Shown here piece after piece: positions 8,502-17,704 of a stretch of 64,000 nucleotides of DNA. The stretch covers positions 5,758 through 69,757 of the forward strand of contig PWNQ01000113.1 in assembly GCA_003557725.1 (NCBI GenBank). The letters run 5' to 3'. A program made the translations under genes and the position numbers. Origin of the DNA: Bacteroidales bacterium (lineage in GTDB: Bacteria; Bacteroidota; Bacteroidia; Bacteroidales; PWNQ01). Numbering within the stretch: the first letter of the stretch is position 1; the number at the start of each line of letters is the position of its first letter. The notes under the pieces are model-generated. The model had not been told where the DNA came from. It made no database searches and worked only from the letters and a program-made list of their open reading frames with translations.

Positions 8502-10418
8502 ATGTGGAAGATCTCAACTCTTCAAAGTAAAAACTTTGGATACACAAAGGATAATATGCGAATTGGCTATTGGCGAAAGAATGAACATAAAGATCTTAGA
8601 CAGTTGAATATTAAAACCCATCACATCATGACTGGAAAAACATCATTTGGGCGGACTCTTTTCTTTTATTTCTTTATAGTATTCATCTTTTTCACCACGG
8701 CCATGGCTGCCTTTCAGTATCATCGTGAAAAACAACACAAAACACGTGAATTGGAGCAAATGCTTGGGGGATATGCAAGCTTTGTGAGCAGCTATATACA
8801 ACACCAGAAGGATGAAACCCGTGAAATTGTTTACTCCCGCCTGGATTCCATGGTGAATATATTGCCACGAAAAGATATTCGTATTACCATAGTCACCCTG
8901 GATGGAGAGGTTATCTACGACAGCTTTGACCAACATTATCATGCTATGGAAAACCATGGCGGGCGCCCGGAGATTCAACAAGCCCGCTATGACCACCGGG
9001 GATCCAATATACGAAAGTCTGCCACCACCAATCAGGAATTTTATTATTATGCCGAAAAATATGATGACTACTATGTACGTGCTGCCGTGCTGTATGGTAT
9101 AAATATCCGCAACTTTTTACAGGCAGAGGTGACTTTTTTGTACTTTATCCTCATATTATTTTTCATAACCAGCGGCATCATGATGCTGGTATCCCGAAAA
9201 GCCGTCCGTTCTGTGGTACAATTGAAAGACTTTGCCCTGAAAGCAGGAAGAAATGAACCTATCCCCCCATTAATACAATTCCCTGAAAACGAGCTGGGAA
9301 CAATCGGAAAGCAAATCGTTGGCATTTATAAAAAGCTGAAAAAAACCAACCAGGATCTAAATAACGAAAAAGAAAAGCTTATACATCACCTGCAACTATC
9401 ACAGGAAGGAGTGGCCTTTTTCTCCAAAAACCATGAAAAGATCCTGGCCAGTAACTTTTTTATTCAGCACTTAAATATAATTGCCCCTACTCCTACCCTT
9501 AGCGCCAGCGATTTTCTAAATATTGAAGCTTTCCGGCCGGCTAAAGATTTTTTATCTCAACATCTAAACAATGACCAGTGGCTCCATCAGCACACCTTGC
9601 CGGTAAAACGCTTCGAAATCAATATAAATAACCGCTATTTCCATATCCAATGCATTATCTTTCACGATAAAAGCTATGAGATCAGCATTCATGATGTGAC
9701 CCGTAGTGAAAAACAAAAGCAACTAAAACAACAAATGACCTCCAATATCGCCCATGAACTGAGAACACCGGTAAGCTCCATCAAAGCATTTTTAGAAACA
9801 CTGATAGCCAATGGAAATATCCCCGAAGAAAAACAGAAACATTTCCTCCAAAAAGCAGCATTGCAAACAGAAAGATTGTCTGAACTGGTGAGGGATATTT
9901 CCATCCTTACTAAAATGGAAGAAGCATCTGATGCCTTTGAAATGGAAAATGTAAATATTATGAACCTGGTTAAAGACGTGGAGGAAAACCTGCAATGGCA
10001 GATTGATAATGCTAATGCCAAACTGGAGTATACCCTGAACCCCAAAACCACTGTTTGGGGAAGCAGAATACTACTGTACTCTGTTTTTCAGAACCTTATG
10101 GAAAACTCCCTCCGCTATGGAGGAACAAATGTGGTCATAAAAATAGAAGAATACCTGAAAGAACAGGATTATGTATACTATGCTTTCTCTGATAATGGCA
10201 CAGGGATACCGGAAAAACATCAAAACCGGGTTTTTGAACGGTTCTACAGGATCGACCAGGGACGGGCCAGAACCATTGGAGGAAGCTGATTGGGACTGGC
10301 CATCGTAAAAAATGCAGTGAACTTCCACAAAGGAACCATCTCGGTAAAATCAAACCCCGATGGAGGAGCTCAGTTTTTACTATCCCTGTGTACAAAACCC
10401 CGGGACCCAAACCGGTAA
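8502..10418 (+). pseudogene. PhoR-like sensor histidine kinase interrupted by an in-frame TGA at 10287-10289
   Basis: TM segment, H-box SNIAHELRTPVSSI, N-box NLMENSLRYG and G1 box SDNGTGIPEKH. The frame then reads GGS-TGA-LGLAIVKNAVNFHKGTISV... and continues open to TAA at 10416-10418. The likely true start is ATG 8628 (MTGKTSF). Confidence 0.6.
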
Positions 10419-10555
10419 CTGAAAATAAATGGGTAAATGAACACCTTTTATCTTTTTCAAAGATGAGTTGACCGCTATGTCTTTCGCATCACCGTTCGCC
10501 CCGAAGGGGCGGCATGGCATTATTAAAACCCTTTTCCTGCGGGCATAACCCGTCC

Positions 10556-12052
10556 TTATTTTTCCTCGCCAATTTCCTTTCCTGTCTCACATGGTTTATC
10601 CAGGCATTTCTCCACCTGATTAAACCCTTCCCTGGTATCGGACAGCACCACCAGTTGGTCATGAGCATGGATGCGTGTTGACCCTCCGGGGGTGATATAT
10701 TTTCCGCTTCTGCGTATCATGGCAATAATAGCATTATGCGGGAATCCCAGGTCTACGATTTTCTTGCCCACCACGTGGCTTCCGGGCATAATTTCCAGTT
10801 CCTTCATCACGCTTTTGGGAAAGTCATAGATCAGCTTATCGGTTTCCGACACCGGCTTTACATTTTCAGGCAGGGACAACCGGAGCCATCTGGCCACCAC
10901 AGCAAGGGTTGTTCCCTGTAATATGACCGAGCTTACGGAGATAAAGAACACAATATTAAAGATCATATCCGCCTTTTCCACTCCGGCCAGCAATGGATAT
11001 GTGGCAAACACAATGGGCACGGCACCGCGCAAACCCACCCAGGAGATATATAGCTTACGGCGGGGAGAACTTTTAAAGGGCAACAAGCTCAGAAAAACAC
11101 TTAACGGCCGGGCCACCAACATCAAAAATAAAGAAATGAGAAGGCCTATACCTATTACCGGAAACACAGCAGAAGGAAAAACCAGCAGGCCCAACGTCAA
11201 AAACAGCACAATTTGCATAAGCCAGGCCAAACCATCATACATCTTAAAGATGGTTTTTTTATGGATAAGATCCTGATTTCCCAAATATACAGCCGATATG
11301 TATATGGCCAGAAAGCCGTTGCCACCGGCAAAATCGGTAAAAGAAAAAGTAATAAACATCAGGGCGATGACCAGCACCGGGTAGAGCCCTTCAAAATCAA
11401 GCTTAATACGGTTAATGATAAACTTGCTCAGCCTTCCAAAAAGATATCCGGCCGCTGCTCCTACCAGCATTTGTTGAAAAAACATGGGAAGTACACTGAT
11501 CAAACTCTGATCCTCATGTGTCACTAAGGTTAAAAAGCTAATGGCAAGCACATAAGCCATAGGGTCGTTGCTGCCGCTCTCCAACTCCAGCACCGGACGA
11601 AGGTTGTTCTTCAGCGCCAGACTCCGGGAACGCAGTATGGAAAAAACCGCAGCAGCATCCGTAGATGAAACAATGGATCCCACCAATAAACTTTCATAAA
11701 TGGAAAAATCGGTAACCCAGTAAATAAAAAACCCTACGGTAATAGCTGTAAACAACACCCCTGCAGTAGACAAGGCCAGGCCTTCCCTGAGCACCGGACG
11801 AACATACTTCCAGTTGGTATCCAGACCACCGGAAAAAAGTATAAAGTTCAGAGAAACGATACCAATAAACTGTGCTGCCTGAGGATTGTCAAAACGAATG
11901 CCGGCTACCCCCTCAGAGCCGGCCAGCATACCAATAGCCAAAAAAAATAACAATGTGGGCACCCCCACCTTATAGGATGTCTTCCCCGCAATAATGCTCA
12001 ATAAAAGCAATATGGAGCCAATCAACAATATGTTCTCGATGGTCAGGTTCAT
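10556..12052 (-). CDS. K+/H+ (cation/proton) antiporter, CPA1 family with a C-terminal TrkA_C/RCK_C domain
   Basis: About 12 TM segments and an SGSNDP-type motif (ELESGSNDPMA), with a soluble C-terminal domain. The ATG at 12052 (MNLTIEN) is preferred over the TTG at 12079 used in the ORF track. Confidence 0.8.
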   Translation of the reverse strand: MNLTIENILLIGSILLLLSIIAGKTSYKVGVPTLLFFLAIGMLAGSEGVAGIRFDNPQAAQFIGIVSLNFILFSGGLDTNWKYVRPVLREGLALSTAGVLFTAITVGFFIYWVTDFSIYESLLVGSIVSSTDAAAVFSILRSRSLALKNNLRPVLELESGSNDPMAYVLAISFLTLVTHEDQSLISVLPMFFQQMLVGAAAGYLFGRLSKFIINRIKLDFEGLYPVLVIALMFITFSFTDFAGGNGFLAIYISAVYLGNQDLIHKKTIFKMYDGLAWLMQIVLFLTLGLLVFPSAVFPVIGIGLLISLFLMLVARPLSVFLSLLPFKSSPRRKLYISWVGLRGAVPIVFATYPLLAGVEKADMIFNIVFFISVSSVILQGTTLAVVARWLRLSLPENVKPVSETDKLIYDFPKSVMKELEIMPGSHVVGKKIVDLGFPHNAIIAMIRRSGKYITPGGSTRIHAHDQLVVLSDTREGFNQVEKCLDKPCETGKEIGEEK

Positions 12053-12076
12053 AGATGAAACGAAGGTCAGTCGTAA

Positions 12077-12084
12077 CAAAGATA
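12077..12084 (-). promoter_or_regulatory. Candidate -7 promoter box (TATCTTTG) for the antiporter
   Basis: Exact TAnnTTTG match on the minus strand, 25 nt upstream of the ATG at 12052. Confidence 0.35.
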
Positions 12085-12224
12085 CATTTTTCCCGCCAAA
12101 TTGTTTATCCCACCCAGGGAAATAACTGACTCCGGATTCCCGTGGGGTTTACAGTGGCTCGCCAGCAGAGGTCCCCGGAGGGTTGTGCAAGCAGTGATGG
12201 CTGAAGGTGCCGGAATCACAGAAT

Positions 12225-12264
12225 AAAAAAACGGGCAATGCGGCGGTTAGCGGTCATTGCCCGT
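12225..12264 (-). terminator. Rho-independent terminator after the outer-membrane beta-barrel gene
   Basis: On the minus strand, the stem ACGGGCAATG pairs with CATTGCCCGT and is followed by TTTTTTT. Confidence 0.75.
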
Positions 12265-12305
12265 GATGGGTACACTGCTGATCAACGACTATACGTTGGA
12301 TTCAT

Positions 12306-13232
12306 TTAAAAATGGAACAGCAAAAACAGCATTCCACCGAAGTTATTATCCGTGTCCAGATTAAAGTTTCTTGGGTTGGCTTCCACGGTTTCCGCTTCCA
12401 CCAGCTCATTCTCTACGGCATCCCATGCTTCGGTGGTTTCCACCGTATTGGTTTGTCCCATAAAGGTAGGTCCCCAGCCGAACTCACCGCCAATGGACAT
12501 TTTCGGGGCGAAGAAGTACTCCACACCCACAAAGGCGCGCAGCCCCAGACCAAATCCCAGACCCTGATTCACACTGATAATCCTTTGCGCCTCAAGAGAT
12601 GAGGCTCCTGTACCAAAGTCAGTGGTGGTAGTTGCCGCCGGGTTATCTTCATTATGCTCATTACCATAAACGTAGCGCTCGTTAGGGTTGAATACTGTGC
12701 CGTTTTGAATTATAAACAAGCCTTCACCACCGTAAAAGCCCTGTAAACGGCCATAACCCCGACGCCACTCCGCACCCCCGGAAAGACGAATATTGGTAAA
12801 AGACTGGACCCGTTTATCAACCACATCGTCCTCAGCAGGGATATAGTCAGCCACATCCCCATCATAGGAATCATCCGTCACACGATTACGCATAGTGTTG
12901 GAATTATAACCTATACGCACCCGGAAGCGGTAAGCAAAGTCTTCACGGACAAAATATTTGCCATAAATGGCCTGGCCCGGACCGGCATAATCGAAGGAAG
13001 AAGGATCAACAAACGGCCCTCCGCTGTTGATCTGTACCAGCTCTCCGGCAAAAGTGAGAATGGGACCCGCATCAATGCCTAAGGCAAAATCACCGGCCTG
13101 AGGCAGAATATGATGACCCCGCTTGGATAACAACGGCTCGCCATCACCGGACTCCTGGTTACCTTGTCCCGTTACCGGAATGGCCACCAGGAGTGCCAGC
13201 ACCAGCATAGGGAAAAACATAATCTTTTTCAT
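12306..13232 (-). CDS. Outer-membrane beta-barrel protein (porin-like, function unknown)
   Basis: Signal peptide MKKIMFFPMLVLALLVAIPVTG, Gly/aromatic-rich alternating strands, and a C-terminal beta-signal ending LFLLFHF. The ATG at 13232 is preferred over 13271. Confidence 0.6.
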   Translation of the reverse strand: MKKIMFFPMLVLALLVAIPVTGQGNQESGDGEPLLSKRGHHILPQAGDFALGIDAGPILTFAGELVQINSGGPFVDPSSFDYAGPGQAIYGKYFVREDFAYRFRVRIGYNSNTMRNRVTDDSYDGDVADYIPAEDDVVDKRVQSFTNIRLSGGAEWRRGYGRLQGFYGGEGLFIIQNGTVFNPNERYVYGNEHNEDNPAATTTTDFGTGASSLEAQRIISVNQGLGFGLGLRAFVGVEYFFAPKMSIGGEFGWGPTFMGQTNTVETTEAWDAVENELVEAETVEANPRNFNLDTDNNFGGMLFLLFHF

Positions 13233-13320
13233 TGTAACGGTTTTTGGGATTAGATGACAAAAATAATGCATTTTTTTAAATTACAAGCTTTTAGGCAGAT
13301 TGTTTAAAATACTAAGCATT

Positions 13321-13377
13321 GAGTCCAATCTAAAAAGGTTACTTTTGATTTTCAGCAGCTTTTTGCCCCGGGCCCTA
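13321..13377. repeat. Half copy of the MITE-like element abutting the ribBA stop codon
   Basis: GAGTCCAATCTAAAAAGGTTACTTTTGATTTTCAGCAGCTTTTTGCCCCGGGCCCTA matches the reverse complement of 1201-1257, with a few substitutions. The ribBA TAG (13375-13377) lies at the edge of the match. Confidence 0.7.
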
Positions 13378-14583
13378 TTTCATCCGGTGGCCCATTTTGT
13401 TCTGTTTGGTTTCCAGATAAAACCGGTTATATTTTGAGGGGGGTACCACTACGGGTAATGTTTCTGTGATCTGGATTCCAAAGCCATTAAGCCCGGCACG
13501 CTTTTCCGGGTTATTGGTGATCAGCTTCATTTTGATGATGCCCAGATCTCGAAGTATTTGTGCTCCAATGCCATAATCCCTTTCGTCGGGGTCGAACCCC
13601 AGCTCCTGATTTGCCTCTACGGTATCCATGCCCTGCTCCTGGAGATGATATGCTTTCAGCTTGTTATATATCCCTATTCCTCTTCCTTCCTGGCTCATAT
13701 ACAGCACAATACCTTTACCTTCCTTTTCCACCATTTCCATGGACAGGTGCAGTTGGTCGCCACAGTCACACTTACAAGAGCCAAAGATATCGCCGGTCAT
13801 GCAGGAGGAGTGCACCCGTACCATCACCTCTTCGTCCTTTTTCCAGTGCCCTTTCACCAGGGCAAAGTGTGGTTCGTTGTTAGATTTTTGACGGTATGCA
13901 TGCAGTGTAAAATGGCCATACTTAGTAGGCATATCCACCACTTCTTCTTTATGGATAAGGCTTTCGTTCTGTATTCGGTAAGCAATAAGGTCTTCGATGC
14001 TAATGATCTTCAGGTTATATTCTTTGGCCACCTCCATCAGGTCGGGCAGGCGTGCCATGGTACCGTCCTCATTCATGATCTCCACCAGTGCTCCTGCCGG
14101 ATACAGTCCGGCCAGCCTGGCCAGGTCGATGGCCGCTTCTGTATGGCCGGCACGCCGCAAAACACCGTTCTTCCGGGCTTTTAAAGGGAATATATGGCCC
14201 GGACGACCCAGATCACCAGAGCCAGTGCGGGCATCGGCCAACGCCTGAATGGTCTTGGAACGATCGGATGCGGAAATCCCCGTGGTTACCCCATGACCCT
14301 TTAAATCTACAGAAACAGTGAAATTGGTGGATAAAGCATCCGTATTCCGGCTTACCATCATTTCCAAATCCAACTCACCACAACGCTCATCAGTGAGCGC
14401 AACACAAATGAGACCACGACCACGGGAGGCCATGAAATTTATCACCTCAGGGGTGGCTTTGCTGGCTGCTACAATAAAATCACCCTCATTCTCACGGTCA
14501 GCATCATCCACCACAATCACCAAATCACCCCGCCCAATAGCCTCTATGGCATCCTCAATACGGTCTAAACGAAAGTCTTCCAT
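13375..14583 (-). CDS. ribBA: Bifunctional 3,4-dihydroxy-2-butanone-4-phosphate synthase / GTP cyclohydrolase II
   Basis: RibB motifs ([25 protein letters not shown]) and RibA motifs ([27 protein letters not shown]). The ATG at 14583 ([10 protein letters not shown]) is preferred over the longer track ORF. Confidence 0.92.
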   Translation of the reverse strand: MEDFRLDRIEDAIEAIGRGDLVIVVDDADRENEGDFIVAASKATPEVINFMASRGRGLICVALTDERCGELDLEMMVSRNTDALSTNFTVSVDLKGHGVTTGISASDRSKTIQALADARTGSGDLGRPGHIFPLKARKNGVLRRAGHTEAAIDLARLAGLYPAGALVEIMNEDGTMARLPDLMEVAKEYNLKIISIEDLIAYRIQNESLIHKEEVVDMPTKYGHFTLHAYRQKSNNEPHFALVKGHWKKDEEVMVRVHSSCMTGDIFGSCKCDCGDQLHLSMEMVEKEGKGIVLYMSQEGRGIGIYNKLKAYHLQEQGMDTVEANQELGFDPDERDYGIGAQILRDLGIIKMKLITNNPEKRAGLNGFGIQITETLPVVVPPSKYNRFYLETKQNKMGHRMK

Positions 14584-14612
14584 AAATCTGTTCTTTTTCC
14601 CCTTTAGCGCCA

Positions 14613-14620
14613 CAAAAATA
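14613..14620 (-). promoter_or_regulatory. Candidate -7 promoter box (TATTTTTG) for ribBA
   Basis: Exact TAnnTTTG match on the minus strand, 30 nt upstream of the ribBA ATG. Confidence 0.35.
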
Positions 14621-14671
14621 CAACAATATGTTAACCCAAACATGCTTTTTGCAAATGGATAAAACACCCCT

Positions 14672-14741
14672 GAGTCCGGTCTGAAAACACACATTTTTCA
14701 CAGCCGCTGAAAATCAAAAGTAACCTTTTTAGATTGGACTC
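14672..14741. mobile_element. Short (70 bp) internally deleted copy of the MITE-like element
   Basis: GAGTCCGGTCTGAAAACACACATTTTTCACAGCCGCTGAAAATCAAAAGTAACCTTTTTAGATTGGACTC keeps both ends of the 1107-1257 element but lacks about 80 central bp. Confidence 0.7.
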
Positions 14742-14875
14742 ATACCTATTTAATAAAACACACCTGCTAAAAGGTAAACAAACCCCAAACTGACCTTAAG
14801 CGATGGGGTGGTTCTTTTGTCCTGGCTCGTTAATAAAAAAAACAAACCTTTTGTTGTGGGTTAATAAAACAGATG

Positions 14876-14883
14876 TATATTTG
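14876..14883 (+). promoter_or_regulatory. Candidate -7 promoter box (TATATTTG) for rplS
   Basis: Exact TAnnTTTG match 35 nt upstream of the rplS ATG. A TTTG lies about 22 nt upstream of the box. Confidence 0.45.
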
Positions 14884-14917
14884 CACTCATTTTTAGCGAA
14901 CCTGAAAAACACTAGTT

Positions 14918-15271
14918 ATGAATAAGCAGGATTTGATCAAATATGTGGAAGAGACCTACATAGAGAAGAAAAAGCTACCCGTTTTCGGAGCGGGTGACAC
15001 CATAGCCATCGATTATGCCATCAAGGAAGGCAACAAAGAGCGTGTTCAGACTTTCCAGGGCACGGTACTCCAGGTAAAGGGTAATGGTGCTCACAAGACA
15101 TTTACCGTGCGTAAGATTGCCTCAGGAGTAGGTGTTGAGCGGATCTTTCCTGCTCACTCCCCGTTCATTCAGGAAATCAGGGTGCTCAAGCGGGGTAAAG
15201 TACGCCGCAAGCGCATCTTTTACTTCCGTGGATTGCGCGGGAAGAAAGCACGTATTGCAGAAAAGCGCTAA
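14918..15271 (+). CDS. rplS: 50S ribosomal protein L19
   Basis: LPVFGAGDTIAIDY...RVQTFQGTVLQVKG...FTVRKIASGVGVERIFP is typical of L19. Confidence 0.95.
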   Translation: MNKQDLIKYVEETYIEKKKLPVFGAGDTIAIDYAIKEGNKERVQTFQGTVLQVKGNGAHKTFTVRKIASGVGVERIFPAHSPFIQEIRVLKRGKVRRKRIFYFRGLRGKKARIAEKR

Positions 15272-15421
15272 CCCTCCGGCTCTCCGGATAATAGCATCCA
15301 ATACCACGGTGTCTTTCGTGTGTCTGGCCTAAAGGGGTATGCTTTTCGCAATCGCTGATAATCATACCTGCCTTTTTATCCCGGACGCTTTCATGCCGTA
15401 ACGTATTCGTAGATTCATATA

Positions 15422-15453
15422 CCTGGCAGCATGTTATCCTGCCGGGTTTTTTT
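15422..15453 (+). terminator. Rho-independent terminator about 150 nt downstream of rplS
   Basis: CCTGGCAG pairs with CTGCCGGG (one G-U pair) and is followed by TTTTTTT. Confidence 0.6.
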
Positions 15454-15512
15454 ATTTCCTCCCTGCCCTGGCAAGCTGATCCGTTCCGGTGAAAAGGGTT
15501 TTTAAAAAAGCC

Positions 15513-15520
15513 TATCTTTG
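15513..15520 (+). promoter_or_regulatory. Candidate -7 promoter box (TATCTTTG)
   Basis: Exact TAnnTTTG match about 60 nt upstream of the ATG at 15582. Confidence 0.4.
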
Positions 15521-15581
15521 CACTTTCAAACCGCCAAATAGGTTTATTTATAAGTGCTATCATATTAAATACGAGCCTTTT

Positions 15582-17669
15582 ATGATGAATATGGAGTTGT
15601 TTTTCCGGTATTCACCCTGGTTTATACCTCTTTGTTTGCTCGCCGGCATACTGTATGCCGCCATATTATACTATCGCGAGCGCCACAACGAGTTTCCGGG
15701 CTTAGCACGTACTGTTTTAGCAGCAGCACGTGCCATACTGGTTGCTCTTTTAGCCTTTTTACTGCTTGGCCCCTTTGTAAGGAAGCTCTCTCATGAGACA
15801 GAAAAGCCCATAGTGGTTTTTGCTCAAGACTTTTCCCGCTCTATGGTCATGACAGCTGACTCCACCTTTTACCGGCATGACTATCTGGACCAGTTGAAGA
15901 GCATCCTGGCCGAACTGGAGGACACCTATCAGGTAGAGTCCTTTGCCTTTGGGCAGGAGGTGGTCCCCGGACTGGGACATGACTATGACCACGACTACAC
16001 GGATATGGGTTCAGTATTGGCTCATGTGGACAACACTTTTGGAAACCGCAACCTGGCCGGAGTCTTTCTGGCCAGCGACGGCCTGGTGAACAGAGGGGGA
16101 AGCCCCAGGTTTATGGCAGGCAACATGACTTATCCCATACATGCCGTGGCAATGGGAGATACTACGGTGAAAACCGACTTGAAAATCCGCGAAGTACGTC
16201 ATAATAAAATAGCATATAAGGGAAACCGGTTCCCCGTGGAGGTGGAAGTAATAGCAGAAAATGCTGCAGAAAAAACCTCCACACTTACGATCCATCAGGA
16301 TGGTGAACGGATTGCCCAAAAAAGGATTACCATCCCTTCTGATCACTACCGCAAAACCTTTTCGTTTGAGATGGAGGCCGAAGAAACGGGGATACGGGAG
16401 TATAATATCCGGATAAGGCCCCTGGAAGAGGAGGAAAACGTGGCCAACAACAGGCAAAACATCTATATAGAGGTGTTGAAAACCCGGCAACGCATCCTTA
16501 TTCTGGGGCGACGCCCACATCCTGACCTGGCCACTATTCGCCGGGCTATAGAGAACAACCCCAACTACGACACGGAATTACACCTGATAGACCAGTTCCA
16601 TGGAAATGCCCACGCCTATAACCTGGTGGTAATGCACGGCCTGCCACAGGCTGACCGGCGAAACGCCCAAATGCTGCAACAACTGGCCAATAACCAGGTG
16701 CCCGTATGGTTTATTGCAGGGCCGGAAGTGGATGTGAACCTGCTCAACCGATACAGCGGTGACCTGAACTTTACTACCAACCGGTTCACCCCACAGGAAG
16801 TGGCCGGCGTACTAAACCAAAACTTTGCCCTGTTCAACCTGGAAAAAGACCCTGAAGGACTGCTGCCATCCCTGCCTCCCCTCACCTCTTTATATGGTAG
16901 ACTATCTGCACCAGACCCTGCCGGAATATTAGCTTATAAACGCATCGGAAGCGTCAACACTTCCCAGCCACTATGGGCGTTTGCTCAGGACGGAAGAAGC
17001 AAATACGCCATCCTGATGGGTGAAGGAATATGGAAATGGCGCGTATTTAATTATATGAGAAAAGATAATCACCAGTTCCTGGATGAGCTGGTGCGAAAAA
17101 CCATAAAATTCCTGGTAGTAAGCGATGACAAAGGCCAGTTCCGCGTCAGTGGAAGCACCCGTTTTGGACAACACCAGCCCGTCAGGTTCCGTGCAGAACT
17201 GTATAACCAATCCTTTGAGCTTATCAATGAGCCGGAAGTGGACTTTTTGATCACCAACCAGGAAGGAGAAGAGTTTCCCCATGTGATGACACGCAGCAGA
17301 GAGGTTTATAGCCTGAATATCCGGCGTATGCCACCCGGAATGTATCAGTACCGGGCCACCACCTCCCTGGGAGGAAGGGACTTTGAGAACACCGGACGGT
17401 TTGTGGTGGAAGAGGTAAACCTGGAAAGCATGAACACTACCGCCGACCACCGCTTACTACATCAGTTGGCCAACGATAATAACGGCACGGTGATCATGCC
17501 CCGGCAACTGGAAAAGATCCCGGAAATCCTCGGGAAAAAAGACATAAAACCCATGACATACACCGTTATGGAGACTATGGAATGGATCCACCTGCGATGG
17601 ATATTCTTCCTGTTACTGGGGCTCCTAACCATGGAATGGATCATCCGAAAAGCGTATGGAGCCCTGTAA
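15582..17669 (+). CDS. vWA-like domain membrane protein (conserved hypothetical)
   Basis: Two N-terminal TM helices, then VVFAQDFSRSM (a DxSxS MIDAS-like motif), and a C-terminal TM helix (WIFFLLLGLLTMEWII). The ATG at 15582 is preferred over the GTG at 15489. Confidence 0.55.
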   Translation: MMNMELFFRYSPWFIPLCLLAGILYAAILYYRERHNEFPGLARTVLAAARAILVALLAFLLLGPFVRKLSHETEKPIVVFAQDFSRSMVMTADSTFYRHDYLDQLKSILAELEDTYQVESFAFGQEVVPGLGHDYDHDYTDMGSVLAHVDNTFGNRNLAGVFLASDGLVNRGGSPRFMAGNMTYPIHAVAMGDTTVKTDLKIREVRHNKIAYKGNRFPVEVEVIAENAAEKTSTLTIHQDGERIAQKRITIPSDHYRKTFSFEMEAEETGIREYNIRIRPLEEEENVANNRQNIYIEVLKTRQRILILGRRPHPDLATIRRAIENNPNYDTELHLIDQFHGNAHAYNLVVMHGLPQADRRNAQMLQQLANNQVPVWFIAGPEVDVNLLNRYSGDLNFTTNRFTPQEVAGVLNQNFALFNLEKDPEGLLPSLPPLTSLYGRLSAPDPAGILAYKRIGSVNTSQPLWAFAQDGRSKYAILMGEGIWKWRVFNYMRKDNHQFLDELVRKTIKFLVVSDDKGQFRVSGSTRFGQHQPVRFRAELYNQSFELINEPEVDFLITNQEGEEFPHVMTRSREVYSLNIRRMPPGMYQYRATTSLGGRDFENTGRFVVEEVNLESMNTTADHRLLHQLANDNNGTVIMPRQLEKIPEILGKKDIKPMTYTVMETMEWIHLRWIFFLLLGLLTMEWIIRKAYGAL

Positions 17670-17704
17670 AAAGCTATATTATAATAGAATAACAAACTAA
17701 CCCT

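Noticed and set aside
10287-10289. Genome-wide reassignment of TGA to glycine (genetic code 25) as an explanation for the in-frame TGA in the kinase.
   Set aside because: TGA clearly terminates other conserved genes in this window at their expected ends: rhodanese at 955-957, porin at 2676-2678, pstC at 5072-5074 and phoU at 7781-7783. A global recoding is therefore not supported.
12148-12220. SRP (4.5S) RNA on the plus strand, suggested by GUUUACAG…AGGUCC…AAGCAG…GUGCCGG resembling E. coli 4.5S blocks.
   Set aside because: The spacing between blocks is wrong: 14 nt where the conserved GGAA tetraloop region has 6. There is no GNRA apical loop, and the 5' and 3' arms do not pair into the required long hairpin. 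I treat the region as an unassigned structured block instead (see findings).
14584-14917. FMN (RFN) riboswitch upstream of ribBA.
   Set aside because: I read the minus-strand leader and found none of the conserved RFN blocks (AGGAUAGU…GGUGAAAUUCC…ACCGGCGGU…). The region contains only a promoter-like box and the MITE derivative.
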